Source of the DNA: a virus
Taxonomy: Duplodnaviria > Caudoviricetes
Length of the DNA stretch: 64,000 nt
Direction: 5' to 3' (one strand)
Virus record (IMG/VR): IMGVR_UViG_3300050156_000143
Location: 32,001 to 96,000 of that record
Every line of letters begins with the position of its first letter. Position 1 is the first letter of the stretch. Below are positions 1-8,241 of this stretch, piece after piece. The notes beneath the pieces were generated by a model, which did no database searches, was not told the origin of the DNA, and saw only the letters and a program-made list of their open reading frames with translations. A program made the translations under genes and the position numbers.

Positions 1-234
1 CGTGGCGGATTCACTCTAGAACAGGCTGAACAAATCGCCAGCGTTTTGACAACTGCTTTAAACGATGAGGTGGATGTTGTGGTACATTGTGTTGCAGGAC
101 TGTGTGGGTCAGGTGCAGTTGCTGAAGTTGGTGTCATGATGGGGTTCATTGATGCCCATGCTGTGCGCCAGCCTAATATCAGGGTGAAATCTATGTTGAT
201 TAATACATTGGGGTGGGGATACGATGATTGTTGA
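1..234 (+). CDS. Protein-tyrosine/dual-specificity phosphatase-like protein, 5' truncated by window
   Basis: Frame open from base 1; VHCVAGLCGSGAV resembles the HCxAGxxRS P-loop but has G for R. Confidence 0.6.
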   Translation, partial: RGGFTLEQAEQIASVLTTALNDEVDVVVHCVAGLCGSGAVAEVGVMMGFIDAHAVRQPNIRVKSMLINTLGWGYDDC

Positions 235-466
235 GAAAATGCCGGATCATGATTACACACTGAGTGTGGTGGGGCGATATTTCAGCTCAGTATGTTCCAC
301 ACTCCCCATTTGTTCTGGTGTGTCCGATCTCGAATTAGTTGAATATTTCAGGCAAGATTTGGAAAACTATGATGCCTACACTGTGTTAAACGGTAGGCGC
401 TATCTTGGTGACGTATATTTCAACTCCGATGAAGATCATATTGCATTTTTACTCAGGTGGTCGTGA
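224..466 (+). CDS. Small paralog family A protein
   Basis: DLENYDA motif and C-terminal FNSDEDHIAFLLRWS. Confidence 0.8.
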   Translation: MIVEKMPDHDYTLSVVGRYFSSVCSTLPICSGVSDLELVEYFRQDLENYDAYTVLNGRRYLGDVYFNSDEDHIAFLLRWS

Positions 467-798
467 TGGTGGATAAATTCTTTGTGTTCAGGCATAAGTG
501 GATTCGTTCAGAACTGAACGTTGTGCTGCCTGATGATGCCACTGTGATCTACATGGATTCGGAAAGGTTTCTCGGCGAATTGGCCGACTTGACCTGTGCA
601 TATCGCCGTGTATATGGATATGGTGATTACGAATTGGACGCCAATGGATACGAAAAGTATTCAAAATGGCAGAACAGTGTTAGTGAACATTTTAAAAATT
701 ATGATTTAACTGTGCATGCACATAATGACGATACTTATTACTGTTTCATTACATTTGCAATACACGAAGGATTCTTGGCATGGACAATGACATATTGA
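466..798 (+). CDS. Small paralog family A protein (divergent)
   Basis: C-terminal ITFAIHEGFLAWTMTY; AGGTGG SD from the previous gene's tail; start could be 463 or 466. Confidence 0.7.
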   Translation: MVDKFFVFRHKWIRSELNVVLPDDATVIYMDSERFLGELADLTCAYRRVYGYGDYELDANGYEKYSKWQNSVSEHFKNYDLTVHAHNDDTYYCFITFAIHEGFLAWTMTY

Positions 799-1003
799 CG
801 CCACCTGTTTACAAGGCGTTGAAACATGTTTCAACGCCTTGTCTGACACGATACATACGCATTTCATCCCATGGGATGAAATGCGCAAAGTGCTTCCCTT
901 GTATGATTGTGAAAGCATAGACATCGATGATATTCAAATTTTCGGTGATCTCCACTTTCACACCGAATCAGGTTATGTGGCCTTTTGTGTGAGGTTTTTC
1001 TAA
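794..1003 (+). CDS. Family A protein missed by ORF track (ATT start at 794 or TTG at 839)
   Basis: Manual translation: frame open 791-1003, ends LHFHTESGYVAFCVRFF*. Confidence 0.65.
   Translation: MDATCLQGVETCFNALSDTIHTHFIPWDEMRKVLPLYDCESIDIDDIQIFGDLHFHTESGYVAFCVRFF
811..842. repeat. Perfect 32-bp palindrome centred on CATG
   Basis: acaaggcgttgaaaca|tgtttcaacgccttgt. Confidence 0.95.
858..885. repeat. Perfect 28-bp palindrome centred on CATG
   Basis: cgcatttcatccca|tgggatgaaatgcg. Confidence 0.95.
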
Positions 1004-1004
1004 T

Positions 1005-1640
1005 ATGTATGTAAAATATCCAAGAACGTATCATCACCCGTTGTCTCCTGGTGTGCAAAGTGATGACAAAGTAATCTCCACTATGGAGCACATGTTGGGG
1101 AAACGATGTGTGATCACTGAGAAGATGGATGGAGAAAACTCTAGCCTATACCGGGATCATTACCATGCCAGGAGCATCGATTCCAAACATCATGAATCCA
1201 GAAATTGGCTAAAACGGTTTCACGCAAGTATTGCACATGATATTCCGGTCAATATTCGTATTTGTGGTGAAAATCTGTATGCCAAGCATTCCATACATTA
1301 CCATGAACTGCAAAGTTATTTTTATGGGTTTGGTGTGTGGGATGGAGATTTGTGTTTATCTTGGGATGACAGTTTAGAATGGTTCGATTTACTTGGCATC
1401 CAACCTGTCCCGGTGTTGTTTGAAGGAATACTGACCAGCACCCGTGTTGCCAAAATTGCTTCCAAGATGGATTTCACCGTGAGTGAAGGGTTTGTCATCA
1501 GAGTTGCTGACTCATTTTCTATGAGCGAATTTCCCACTCATGTCTGCAAATATGTGAGAAAAGGTCACGTACAAACTGGCGAACACTGGATGCACCAATC
1601 GATTGTCGCCAATGATATACGGCCGTTGGGGAACGGTTAA
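1005..1640 (+). CDS. ATP-dependent RNA ligase family protein
   Basis: KYPRTYH start, motif I TEKMDGEN, CGENLY, EGFVIR, KYVRKGHVQT. Confidence 0.88.
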   Translation: MYVKYPRTYHHPLSPGVQSDDKVISTMEHMLGKRCVITEKMDGENSSLYRDHYHARSIDSKHHESRNWLKRFHASIAHDIPVNIRICGENLYAKHSIHYHELQSYFYGFGVWDGDLCLSWDDSLEWFDLLGIQPVPVLFEGILTSTRVAKIASKMDFTVSEGFVIRVADSFSMSEFPTHVCKYVRKGHVQTGEHWMHQSIVANDIRPLGNG

Positions 1641-1927
1641 TGACAATTTTACTCAGCAGGTATGAACAGGGAATTGACCCTACAATCGTTTCTGTGTATG
1701 TTGACATACCAGTGTTTCCAATATTGTCCGACGATGAATTGGACGTGTTGCTTGATGCGTGTGAAGCTGATACTGATGAAGTTCTGACCAGAATGCTGGC
1801 ACATGCGAACGCCGTGTTACAACAGTATTGTGGACATATTCTTCCTACGCGGTATGGGGAGTTTTGGGAGTATATCCAGTTTGACAACCAAGATGGGTTT
1901 ACTGCGTTTATTTTAACTCACGGGTAA
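1640..1927 (+). CDS. Small paralog family A protein
   Basis: Ends IQFDNQDGFTAFILTHG. Confidence 0.75.
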   Translation: MTILLSRYEQGIDPTIVSVYVDIPVFPILSDDELDVLLDACEADTDEVLTRMLAHANAVLQQYCGHILPTRYGEFWEYIQFDNQDGFTAFILTHG

Positions 1928-1944
1928 ACTTACGGGTAAGTAAT

Positions 1945-2244
1945 ATGATATTTCCATACATTGTATACACTGAACAGGCACGAGCTGATGATGCCGATAT
2001 TAACAACTGGATGAAATTTGTTAGAAATTCCACGCCAGACTTACTGCCATTTGGTGCGTATCATCGATGGGATTCTGGTTTCCAGAAGGTGGTGAATGCT
2101 TTGTCTGAAGATTTGCTTCAATATGACGCTACTATGGTTTTAACGGTGCCTGGAACGGAGGCGGCCTCAAATTACCTCATTGAATCCATCACATTCAACA
2201 CCGAGCCAGGTTATACTGCATTTTTACTTAGACATTTGACATGA
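1945..2244 (+). CDS. Small paralog family A protein
   Basis: DLLQYDA and ITFNTEPGYTAFLLRHLT. Confidence 0.8.
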   Translation: MIFPYIVYTEQARADDADINNWMKFVRNSTPDLLPFGAYHRWDSGFQKVVNALSEDLLQYDATMVLTVPGTEAASNYLIESITFNTEPGYTAFLLRHLT

Positions 2245-2477
2245 CATATGAAAAAAAAGTTTTCCAACAAGATGTTCCAACAGATTGGACTGATTACGTG
2301 GGCGAATCTATTAGATTTGGGTGCTGGCATTGGGCTTGGCGGTTAGACGCGATACAAAATTTGAGACAATATGACGCTGAACTCAACTGGTCGTCAACGG
2401 GCGGTGGAAGATTCGATTACATAAAGTTTAACAGTGAAGCTGGTTATGTCGCGTTTTGTCTAAGGTGGTCACCATGA
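2241..2477 (+). CDS. Small paralog family A protein
   Basis: NLRQYDA and IKFNSEAGYVAFCLRWSP. Confidence 0.8.
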   Translation: MTYEKKVFQQDVPTDWTDYVGESIRFGCWHWAWRLDAIQNLRQYDAELNWSSTGGGRFDYIKFNSEAGYVAFCLRWSP

Positions 2478-2734
2478 TTTATACAGAAATGGGACAAGAT
2501 GCGGATGATGTTTGGCCTGGAACGTGGACATGCCTTTATACGTGGATGGATCATATAATTTTTTCCAACGATCTCAAGCCAGTCGGCGTTACTGAGTTTC
2601 AACACCATGCCTCCAATGATTTGCTGCAATATGACGCTTATTTGATTGAATCGCTCGAAAGACACGCTTTGTACGATCGAATAGTATTCAGATCTGAATC
2701 AGGTCACACAGCTTTTATGATGAGGTGGTCATGA
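2474..2734 (+). CDS. Small paralog family A protein
   Basis: DLLQYDA and IVFRSESGHTAFMMRWS; ATGA overlap with previous gene. Confidence 0.8.
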   Translation: MIYTEMGQDADDVWPGTWTCLYTWMDHIIFSNDLKPVGVTEFQHHASNDLLQYDAYLIESLERHALYDRIVFRSESGHTAFMMRWS

Positions 2735-2976
2735 GTGCCGATTATTGGAAAAGTGAGTTAATCTATTCATATCTGCTGAACAATGATGACACCGCTATGG
2801 GAAAATGGATGAACTTTCACCTGCGGAAACGGCTTCGCGGGAGGCAATTCGTTCTAATGCTTTTGTTGGACTTGGAGCAATACTCTGCGACCGCACAAGC
2901 ATTCGGAACGGACGGGCTTGAAATCATTTTTATGGCCGAATCTGGCTACTTAGCGTTTTGTTTAAGGTGGTCATAA
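2731..2976 (+). CDS. Small paralog family A protein
   Basis: DLEQYSA and IIFMAESGYLAFCLRWS. Confidence 0.8.
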   Translation: MSADYWKSELIYSYLLNNDDTAMGKWMNFHLRKRLRGRQFVLMLLLDLEQYSATAQAFGTDGLEIIFMAESGYLAFCLRWS

Positions 2977-2989
2977 CAATGTTTAAAAA

Positions 2990-3205
2990 GTGTTATATGG
3001 CACCGATGAATGGTTTGCTATCGAAGCACCGATTTTTGACAATTGGTATGAACTAATCATAGGTGATAGCCGAGATACGACATTCGACGAGTTCCTGCGT
3101 CAGTGCGACATCGTGAATGACATTTCCTGCCGTGTTGGCGTTGTCGGCGATGTGACTTTCTTGACCCAACAGGGTTATGTTGCATTCTGTTTACGGTTTC
3201 TGTAG
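2990..3205 (+). CDS. Small paralog family A protein
   Basis: Ends VTFLTQQGYVAFCLRFL. Confidence 0.75.
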   Translation: MLYGTDEWFAIEAPIFDNWYELIIGDSRDTTFDEFLRQCDIVNDISCRVGVVGDVTFLTQQGYVAFCLRFL

Positions 3206-3208
3206 AAC

Positions 3209-3445
3209 ATGGTTTGCCGAATATCAGATAACAACACCACACGCACCTGGATACTTCAGGCGTGTAACGACTACTCACGGGATGACCGTTCTTTATTGGC
3301 GTCTCAGCGATACATCACATTCGGAGAGTATATTCTATTAGATTTGTTGCAATATGATGCTAGATGGATCAACTGGGCGGGTGATGATCGTATAATTTTT
3401 GATAGCGAAGCTGGTTATGCGGCTTTTGTAATGCGTTATAGTTAA
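3209..3445 (+). CDS. Small paralog family A protein
   Basis: DLLQYDA and IIFDSEAGYAAFVMRYS. Confidence 0.8.
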   Translation: MVCRISDNNTTRTWILQACNDYSRDDRSLLASQRYITFGEYILLDLLQYDARWINWAGDDRIIFDSEAGYAAFVMRYS

Positions 3446-3457
3446 CAAGGGGAATCT

Positions 3458-3880
3458 ATGTCATTAATGACTGAAATCAAGGCAGCACAAGTTGCTGCGC
3501 GCATTGAACGTAACCAATTGGCCACCTCGGCCTTGACCACATTGTTGGGCGAAGCGATTGTTATCGGCAAAAATGCCGATAACCGAGAAACCAGTGACGA
3601 TGAGGTCATTCGGTTAACCAAAAAGTTCATTGACAACGTGGAGTTCACAATGTCTAAAACGAGTGACCCCACGTTGTTGACCACGTTGGCGCAAGAACGT
3701 GAAATCTACCGAAAATTCATGCCAGCACCGTTGACCACCCATGAGCTAACTGGCATCATCGAGACACGATCTGGAACCACTGGGCAAATTATGGGGTATT
3801 TGAAGGCAAACTATGCTGGTCGATATGATGGCAAAGTGGCAGCAGAATTGGTAAAAAATAAGCTCAATCGGCCTTCTTGA
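3458..3880 (+). CDS. YqeY/GatB-like protein
   Basis: All-helical; LTTLLGE, DDEVIRLTKKFI, GQIMGYLK..Y.GRYDGK pattern typical of YqeY. Confidence 0.8.
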   Translation: MSLMTEIKAAQVAARIERNQLATSALTTLLGEAIVIGKNADNRETSDDEVIRLTKKFIDNVEFTMSKTSDPTLLTTLAQEREIYRKFMPAPLTTHELTGIIETRSGTTGQIMGYLKANYAGRYDGKVAAELVKNKLNRPS

Positions 3881-4247
3881 TTTTTTCAAACGTGCGCAGC
3901 CCACCTAGTCCTAACATTCCGATCAATAACTCATTGAGCATTTGATTATTGCCTAGAATTGGTGGCACAATGTGTGGAGCAAACGCCGCGCAGGCCCATG
4001 TTAGCAACGGGTAGAGTAAAAATGTGTATGCCCATGCTGCCCCACACACCCACCCAATAAATGGCCGCCAGCCTGATACGAAACGATCTGGACTAGCGGC
4101 CTCAGTCTTGTTGACCTCGAATTGTGAAGTCACCATTTGAACCATCGCTGCCAACTGTTGTTTTTCAGCTTCGGTCTTATCTGGCCACACCCTGTCGATT
4201 GTTTTGCTGGCCAATTCGGCCACTTCACTTATTCCCAAAATTGACAT
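3864..4247 (-). CDS. Holin-like membrane protein (GTA holin 3TM type)
   Basis: FVSGWRPFIGWVCG and LIGMLGLGGLRTFEKIK; upstream TAAATA (4267-4272) and GGAG SD. Confidence 0.75.
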   Translation of the reverse strand: MSILGISEVAELASKTIDRVWPDKTEAEKQQLAAMVQMVTSQFEVNKTEAASPDRFVSGWRPFIGWVCGAAWAYTFLLYPLLTWACAAFAPHIVPPILGNNQMLNELLIGMLGLGGLRTFEKIKKAD

Positions 4248-4286
4248 ACACTTTTCTCCAAAACTTTATTTAAGGGACACTAAGCA

Positions 4287-4556
4287 ATGACCATCAGTAG
4301 ATGGCTGTGTGGTGGAGTAACAGTCACCTATTTGAAAACCAGGAATAAGTTCCACGTTGACAACAACGGGTTGCTACATAACCGGAATGGTTCGGCGATC
4401 GAGTTGAATGACTTGCAACAGACCGACCAGTTCAAGGTGATTGGTATTCCCAAACAGTATTTTATTCACGGGCTGCGAGTGTGCGAACAACATTTCGACC
4501 TCATCAGAGACAGTGAGGATGAATGTATTGCATTTGTACTAAAAGGGGCATCATGA
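4287..4556 (+). CDS. Hypothetical protein with family A-like tail
   Basis: Ends DSEDECIAFVLKGAS. Confidence 0.6.
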   Translation: MTISRWLCGGVTVTYLKTRNKFHVDNNGLLHNRNGSAIELNDLQQTDQFKVIGIPKQYFIHGLRVCEQHFDLIRDSEDECIAFVLKGAS

Positions 4557-5305
4557 AATTTCAACTACACAGTGATTTGCACCTTGAATTCGCTCCATAT
4601 GCGATCAAAAACGCAGGGGCCGATGTGCTATTACTTGCCGGGGATATATGTGTCGCTAGTGGATTCAACACCGATCTTGGAGCACGATTTCTAGACTTTT
4701 TTGACACAGTTTGCCACCAGTTTGAAGCAGTGTGTTATGTCCCTGGGAATCACGAGTTTTACGGCGATGATTTGTCCACGGGAGTCCAGACCTTGCGAGA
4801 CAAATTGCCCTATCAAAATCTTCACATCTTAGACAATTCATCGGTTGTATTTGGAGACACCAAAATCGTTGGAACCACGTTGTGGTCGGATATCGAGTCC
4901 CGTGGGCCGCTAGTGCAGGTGGATTGTGTTGCGACTATCGCTGATTATCAGCAAATTCACCACAATGGACAAAAACTGACACCAAGGGCGACTTCCGCGA
5001 TTTACCGTAAAAATGTTACATGGTTAAAAACACAGATGGATCATGACAAGTGTATCTTGTTAACTCATCATGCGCCTAGCAATGTGTCAGCAAGTGAGCG
5101 ATATCGGTGTTCAAACGTTGGCGCGGCATATTGGACAGATTTGTCAGAATTGATTTTAGACAACCCGCAAATCAAATTGCTGCATCACGGTCACATGCAC
5201 AATTGTGTGGATTATCACATCGGTGACACGAGAATCATCAACAACCCACGCGGTTATGCCACATTAGGCGCTAGGGATTTCTCCCCCCTGGTAGTGACAC
5301 TTTAG
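4553..5305 (+). CDS. Calcineurin-like metallophosphoesterase
   Basis: SDLHLE, LAGDI, PGNHE, THH, HGHMH motifs. Confidence 0.93.
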   Translation: MKFQLHSDLHLEFAPYAIKNAGADVLLLAGDICVASGFNTDLGARFLDFFDTVCHQFEAVCYVPGNHEFYGDDLSTGVQTLRDKLPYQNLHILDNSSVVFGDTKIVGTTLWSDIESRGPLVQVDCVATIADYQQIHHNGQKLTPRATSAIYRKNVTWLKTQMDHDKCILLTHHAPSNVSASERYRCSNVGAAYWTDLSELILDNPQIKLLHHGHMHNCVDYHIGDTRIINNPRGYATLGARDFSPLVVTL

Positions 5306-5457
5306 ACCACATGCGACAACAACCGTTCTATCAACCGGAATGCCAACAGCATAGCAATTGAAATCAGTTCCAACAACTTAAAAGCATAGTAGAGCACGTT
5401 GAATAACTCCAACGTGCTCTTTATTTTTGCCATCACTGTTTTGAAATCAATTGCCAT
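5302..5457 (-). CDS. 51-aa hydrophobic protein missed by ORF track
   Basis: Manual translation MAIDFKTVMAKIKSTLELFNVLYYAFKLLELISIAMLLAFRLIERLLSHVV; TAAATA 7 nt upstream. Confidence 0.55.
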   Translation of the reverse strand: MAIDFKTVMAKIKSTLELFNVLYYAFKLLELISIAMLLAFRLIERLLSHVV

Positions 5458-5464
5458 ACCAGGG

Positions 5465-5486
5465 TATTTATAGAGAGAGGTAAATA
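5465..5486. promoter_or_regulatory. Back-to-back late promoters (TAAATA on both strands)
   Basis: tattta at 5465-5470 and taaata at 5481-5486, each just before an ATG. Confidence 0.65.
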
Positions 5487-5490
5487 TGAC

Positions 5491-6150
5491 ATGCGTCTAC
5501 ATGAAATAACAGATTTGGAAGAGGGATGGAAGTCAACTTTGGCGGGCATAGGCACATCCGCTGCATTGGCTCTATCACCGTCCCAGACTAGCGTCACCAA
5601 GCCTCCAAAACAGGCTGTGAGCCACGCTAAACACACGGTTGATACCAAGGGTGCTACGCCTGAAGTCATCTTAAAGCAGACCGCAATACAGGCTGGCATC
5701 AACGGGGTTGAACTAGCGCAATTCATGGCACAATGCGCCCATGAAACCGGTGGATTCAAAGATTTGGTGGAACGTGGTGGTACAAAGTGGTTCAACCGTT
5801 ATGAGCCTCATCACAACCCAAAATTAGCCAAAATCTTAGGAAACACTAAACCAGGCGATGGAGTTAAATTTAATGGACGTGGGTTTTTACAAGTAACGGG
5901 CAAAGATAATTATGCTCGGGCCGAGAAAGCACTGGGGATTCCATTAACAACCACCCCAGAATTATTGACTGATCTAAAAGTTGCGGCGGAAGTATCGGTG
6001 TGGTATTGGAAAACCAGGGTTGCACCGAAAGTTACAAACTTCAAGAACACTGCTCAAGTCACATATCCAATAAACTCAAAACTTGTTGGATTGCCAGATA
6101 GAATTGCCAAATTCAACGATTACATGAAAGAAATACATGCTTCACTCTAA
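5491..6150 (+). CDS. GH19 family lysozyme (endolysin or virion muramidase)
   Basis: AQFMAQCAHETGGF, GDGVKFNGRGFLQVTGKDNY, INSKLVGLPDR. Confidence 0.92.
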   Translation: MRLHEITDLEEGWKSTLAGIGTSAALALSPSQTSVTKPPKQAVSHAKHTVDTKGATPEVILKQTAIQAGINGVELAQFMAQCAHETGGFKDLVERGGTKWFNRYEPHHNPKLAKILGNTKPGDGVKFNGRGFLQVTGKDNYARAEKALGIPLTTTPELLTDLKVAAEVSVWYWKTRVAPKVTNFKNTAQVTYPINSKLVGLPDRIAKFNDYMKEIHASL

Positions 6151-6316
6151 GAGCTATCACGTTATTGTTCAAACTGACGAAACAACAGGGGATTTATTGA
6201 TTCCCCTGCCAGAGGGACTACTCAGTGAAGTGGGTTGGAAATATGAAGACCAAATATCGTTTGGCATTGACGCAAGTGGCAGATTGGTGTTGACGAAAAT
6301 TGACTCCACAAATTGA
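6137..6316 (+). CDS. AbrB/SpoVT-like small protein missed by ORF track (59 aa)
   Basis: Manual translation includes GDLLIPLPEGLLSEVGWKYEDQISF. Confidence 0.6.
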   Translation: MLHSKSYHVIVQTDETTGDLLIPLPEGLLSEVGWKYEDQISFGIDASGRLVLTKIDSTN

Positions 6317-6343
6317 AAAAAGCGGCCTAGGCCGCTTTTTTCA
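6314..6343. terminator. Bidirectional intrinsic terminator, perfect palindrome
   Basis: tgaaaaaagcggcctaggccgcttttttca between convergent genes. Confidence 0.9.
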
Positions 6344-6550
6344 TGAACGTCTGATGATCCTACCCTTGGTTAAATCATAGACGGACAACTCCACATCCAC
6401 CAAATCCCCTAGCAAGATTTTGATATTGTGCTTCCTCAGTTTGCCACCAAGGTGCGCCAAAATGGTGGAATTATTGTGTAATTTTATCCTGAATTTTGCA
6501 TCACGCATCACCTCGATTACTTCACCAGACAATACGACGTTTTCTTTCAC
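6341..6550 (-). CDS. infA: Translation initiation factor IF-1
   Basis: GEVIEVMRDAKFRIKL..ILAHLGGKLRKHNIKILLGDLVDVELSVYDLTKGRI. Confidence 0.95.
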   Translation of the reverse strand: MKENVVLSGEVIEVMRDAKFRIKLHNNSTILAHLGGKLRKHNIKILLGDLVDVELSVYDLTKGRIIRRS

Positions 6551-7131
6551 TTCATCAATTCCAAAATTTCTGATGCACTTAGGCGTGCTAGTTTTTCTTT
6601 GAGCTTGATGGTTGCGATTTGTTCCTCACGTTGGGTTTTTCGGTGTATACAACGTTGCAACTCATTGTTTAGTTCAGTTTGAACCACCACGTTGTTTGGA
6701 AAACGGGCATCCAACAGACACAAAGCGTGTAACGGCGTGGTGATGCCCGTTAGCTCAACATCACCAACAACTTGTTCGCCACGCCGAATCAACGCCGCTT
6801 GGCACTCTTGTGGGGAAAACGTGTAATACACACTGTTGGCCACAATGGCGTGTGATGGGACAGCCTCTGGTTTATCCAGCTTTGTTTTTAAGAAGTTGTG
6901 AAATTCCGATAAGGCGCCCGCTTGGATGGCTATTTTGATTGCTGCTTGGCGTGTGCTGTATTCTGGAAGCTCATAGTATTTTGCAAATTCTGCCCCACCT
7001 TTGATCAACAGGCAATGTGAATTTTCTACGTCATTAGTGACACGTAGGCTCAAGTTGCCGTCTTTTGATGACACACCAATAAATTTGTACAACATGTCAA
7101 ATCTCGCAGGGTAGGATGTTGAATTGGGCAA
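6547..7131 (-). CDS. Hypothetical protein
   Basis: 194-aa ORF in the - strand operon. Confidence 0.7.
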   Translation of the reverse strand: MPNSTSYPARFDMLYKFIGVSSKDGNLSLRVTNDVENSHCLLIKGGAEFAKYYELPEYSTRQAAIKIAIQAGALSEFHNFLKTKLDKPEAVPSHAIVANSVYYTFSPQECQAALIRRGEQVVGDVELTGITTPLHALCLLDARFPNNVVVQTELNNELQRCIHRKTQREEQIATIKLKEKLARLSASEILELMK

Positions 7132-7546
7132 TCAAATCGCGGCAAGCGTTAACCGCCTTAGTCTTATTGTGGCGATACGGGACTTCAGCCGTGCCAATGT
7201 CAATTTGAACAAACCATCCGTTATCAGTTGATGGATCACCATTTCCATTATTCAAGCACCATTGAATGTCATCTAACATTTCGAGGCATTCACCAGTAAA
7301 ATGTTTGCGATACCATTTATTGTTCACGTTGACCTGAGCATATCGTTTGATGGCCGACGCGGTAAACGGGTGCATCAGATCGTCGTGGAAATTTTCGATA
7401 AACGGGCATTCAGATTCCACGATAGTCATCACCAGCGTACTGGCATCAACAATCCGCAGGGAATACGATACATCCCATTTTTGCAACAATGTGTCAGACA
7501 ACTGTTTTGCAATGTGTGTTTTACGTGCCATGTCCATGTATGCCAT
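7097..7546 (-). CDS. Hypothetical phage protein
   Basis: 149-aa ORF with GGAG SD, MAYM start. Confidence 0.75.
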   Translation of the reverse strand: MAYMDMARKTHIAKQLSDTLLQKWDVSYSLRIVDASTLVMTIVESECPFIENFHDDLMHPFTASAIKRYAQVNVNNKWYRKHFTGECLEMLDDIQWCLNNGNGDPSTDNGWFVQIDIGTAEVPYRHNKTKAVNACRDLIAQFNILPCEI

Positions 7547-7794
7547 GATTATTCTCCGATTGTTGGGGTAATGTGTTGGGCCAGTTGAATGGCGACTTGT
7601 TGGGCAACGTAGGCATTCACTCTGCTATTGCGTCTTTCTTCCGGTATCTTGCCAACTGGAGATTATCGCCTTCGTATGCTGCGCTGTGAAATTCACGAGT
7701 TTTTTCTACGGCATTGAACAAGGATTCAAACATCGCGGCAAATGAAGTGTTATCAGTAGGCATAAGTGGCTTTCGTTGAGTGGTGATAAAAATG

Positions 7795-8238
7795 TTACTG
7801 CCAGTTGTAAGTTTGCAAGAACTCTTTTCGGGCAATTCGATAATAACCTTGATCGCCGTCTTTGACCAGAAAGTCGCTGTCTTTTAGGGGCATTGGTTGG
7901 CCAAAAGATGCGATGAAACTGAATTCCTGCCCATGATATTGGGCCACCAAACGCGGGGATTGTTCTGGGATCATAGTGGTGTCGGATGTTGGAGTGTAAT
8001 TTTTAGCCACTTTCTGCGGCGTCAACACATACTGTTCACCACTGTGTCCGCTGAAGATATAGTCCCCGACATTGGCTGTATTGGTGGTCTCCAAGCCGTC
8101 CGATGTGAAGGTGTGGATGACTTCTTCTGTCGCCACAATTCGGTACGTGTATGCACCAGATTGCGCCAACGTGTACACCAATGGTCGTTTGGTGATTGGG
8201 ACAAAAGTAAGGGCTGCTGCGACTTGATCGATGTTCAC
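7795..8238 (-). CDS. PGDYG-like hypothetical protein
   Basis: VGDYIFSGHSGEQY and GYYRIARKEFLQTY. Confidence 0.6.
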   Translation of the reverse strand: MNIDQVAAALTFVPITKRPLVYTLAQSGAYTYRIVATEEVIHTFTSDGLETTNTANVGDYIFSGHSGEQYVLTPQKVAKNYTPTSDTTMIPEQSPRLVAQYHGQEFSFIASFGQPMPLKDSDFLVKDGDQGYYRIARKEFLQTYNWQ

Positions 8239-8241
8239 ATT

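Noticed and set aside
5391-5420. 11-bp hairpin as a stand-alone regulatory RNA
   Set aside because: Lies within the 51-aa ORF; simplest reading is a + strand terminator after the phosphoesterase.
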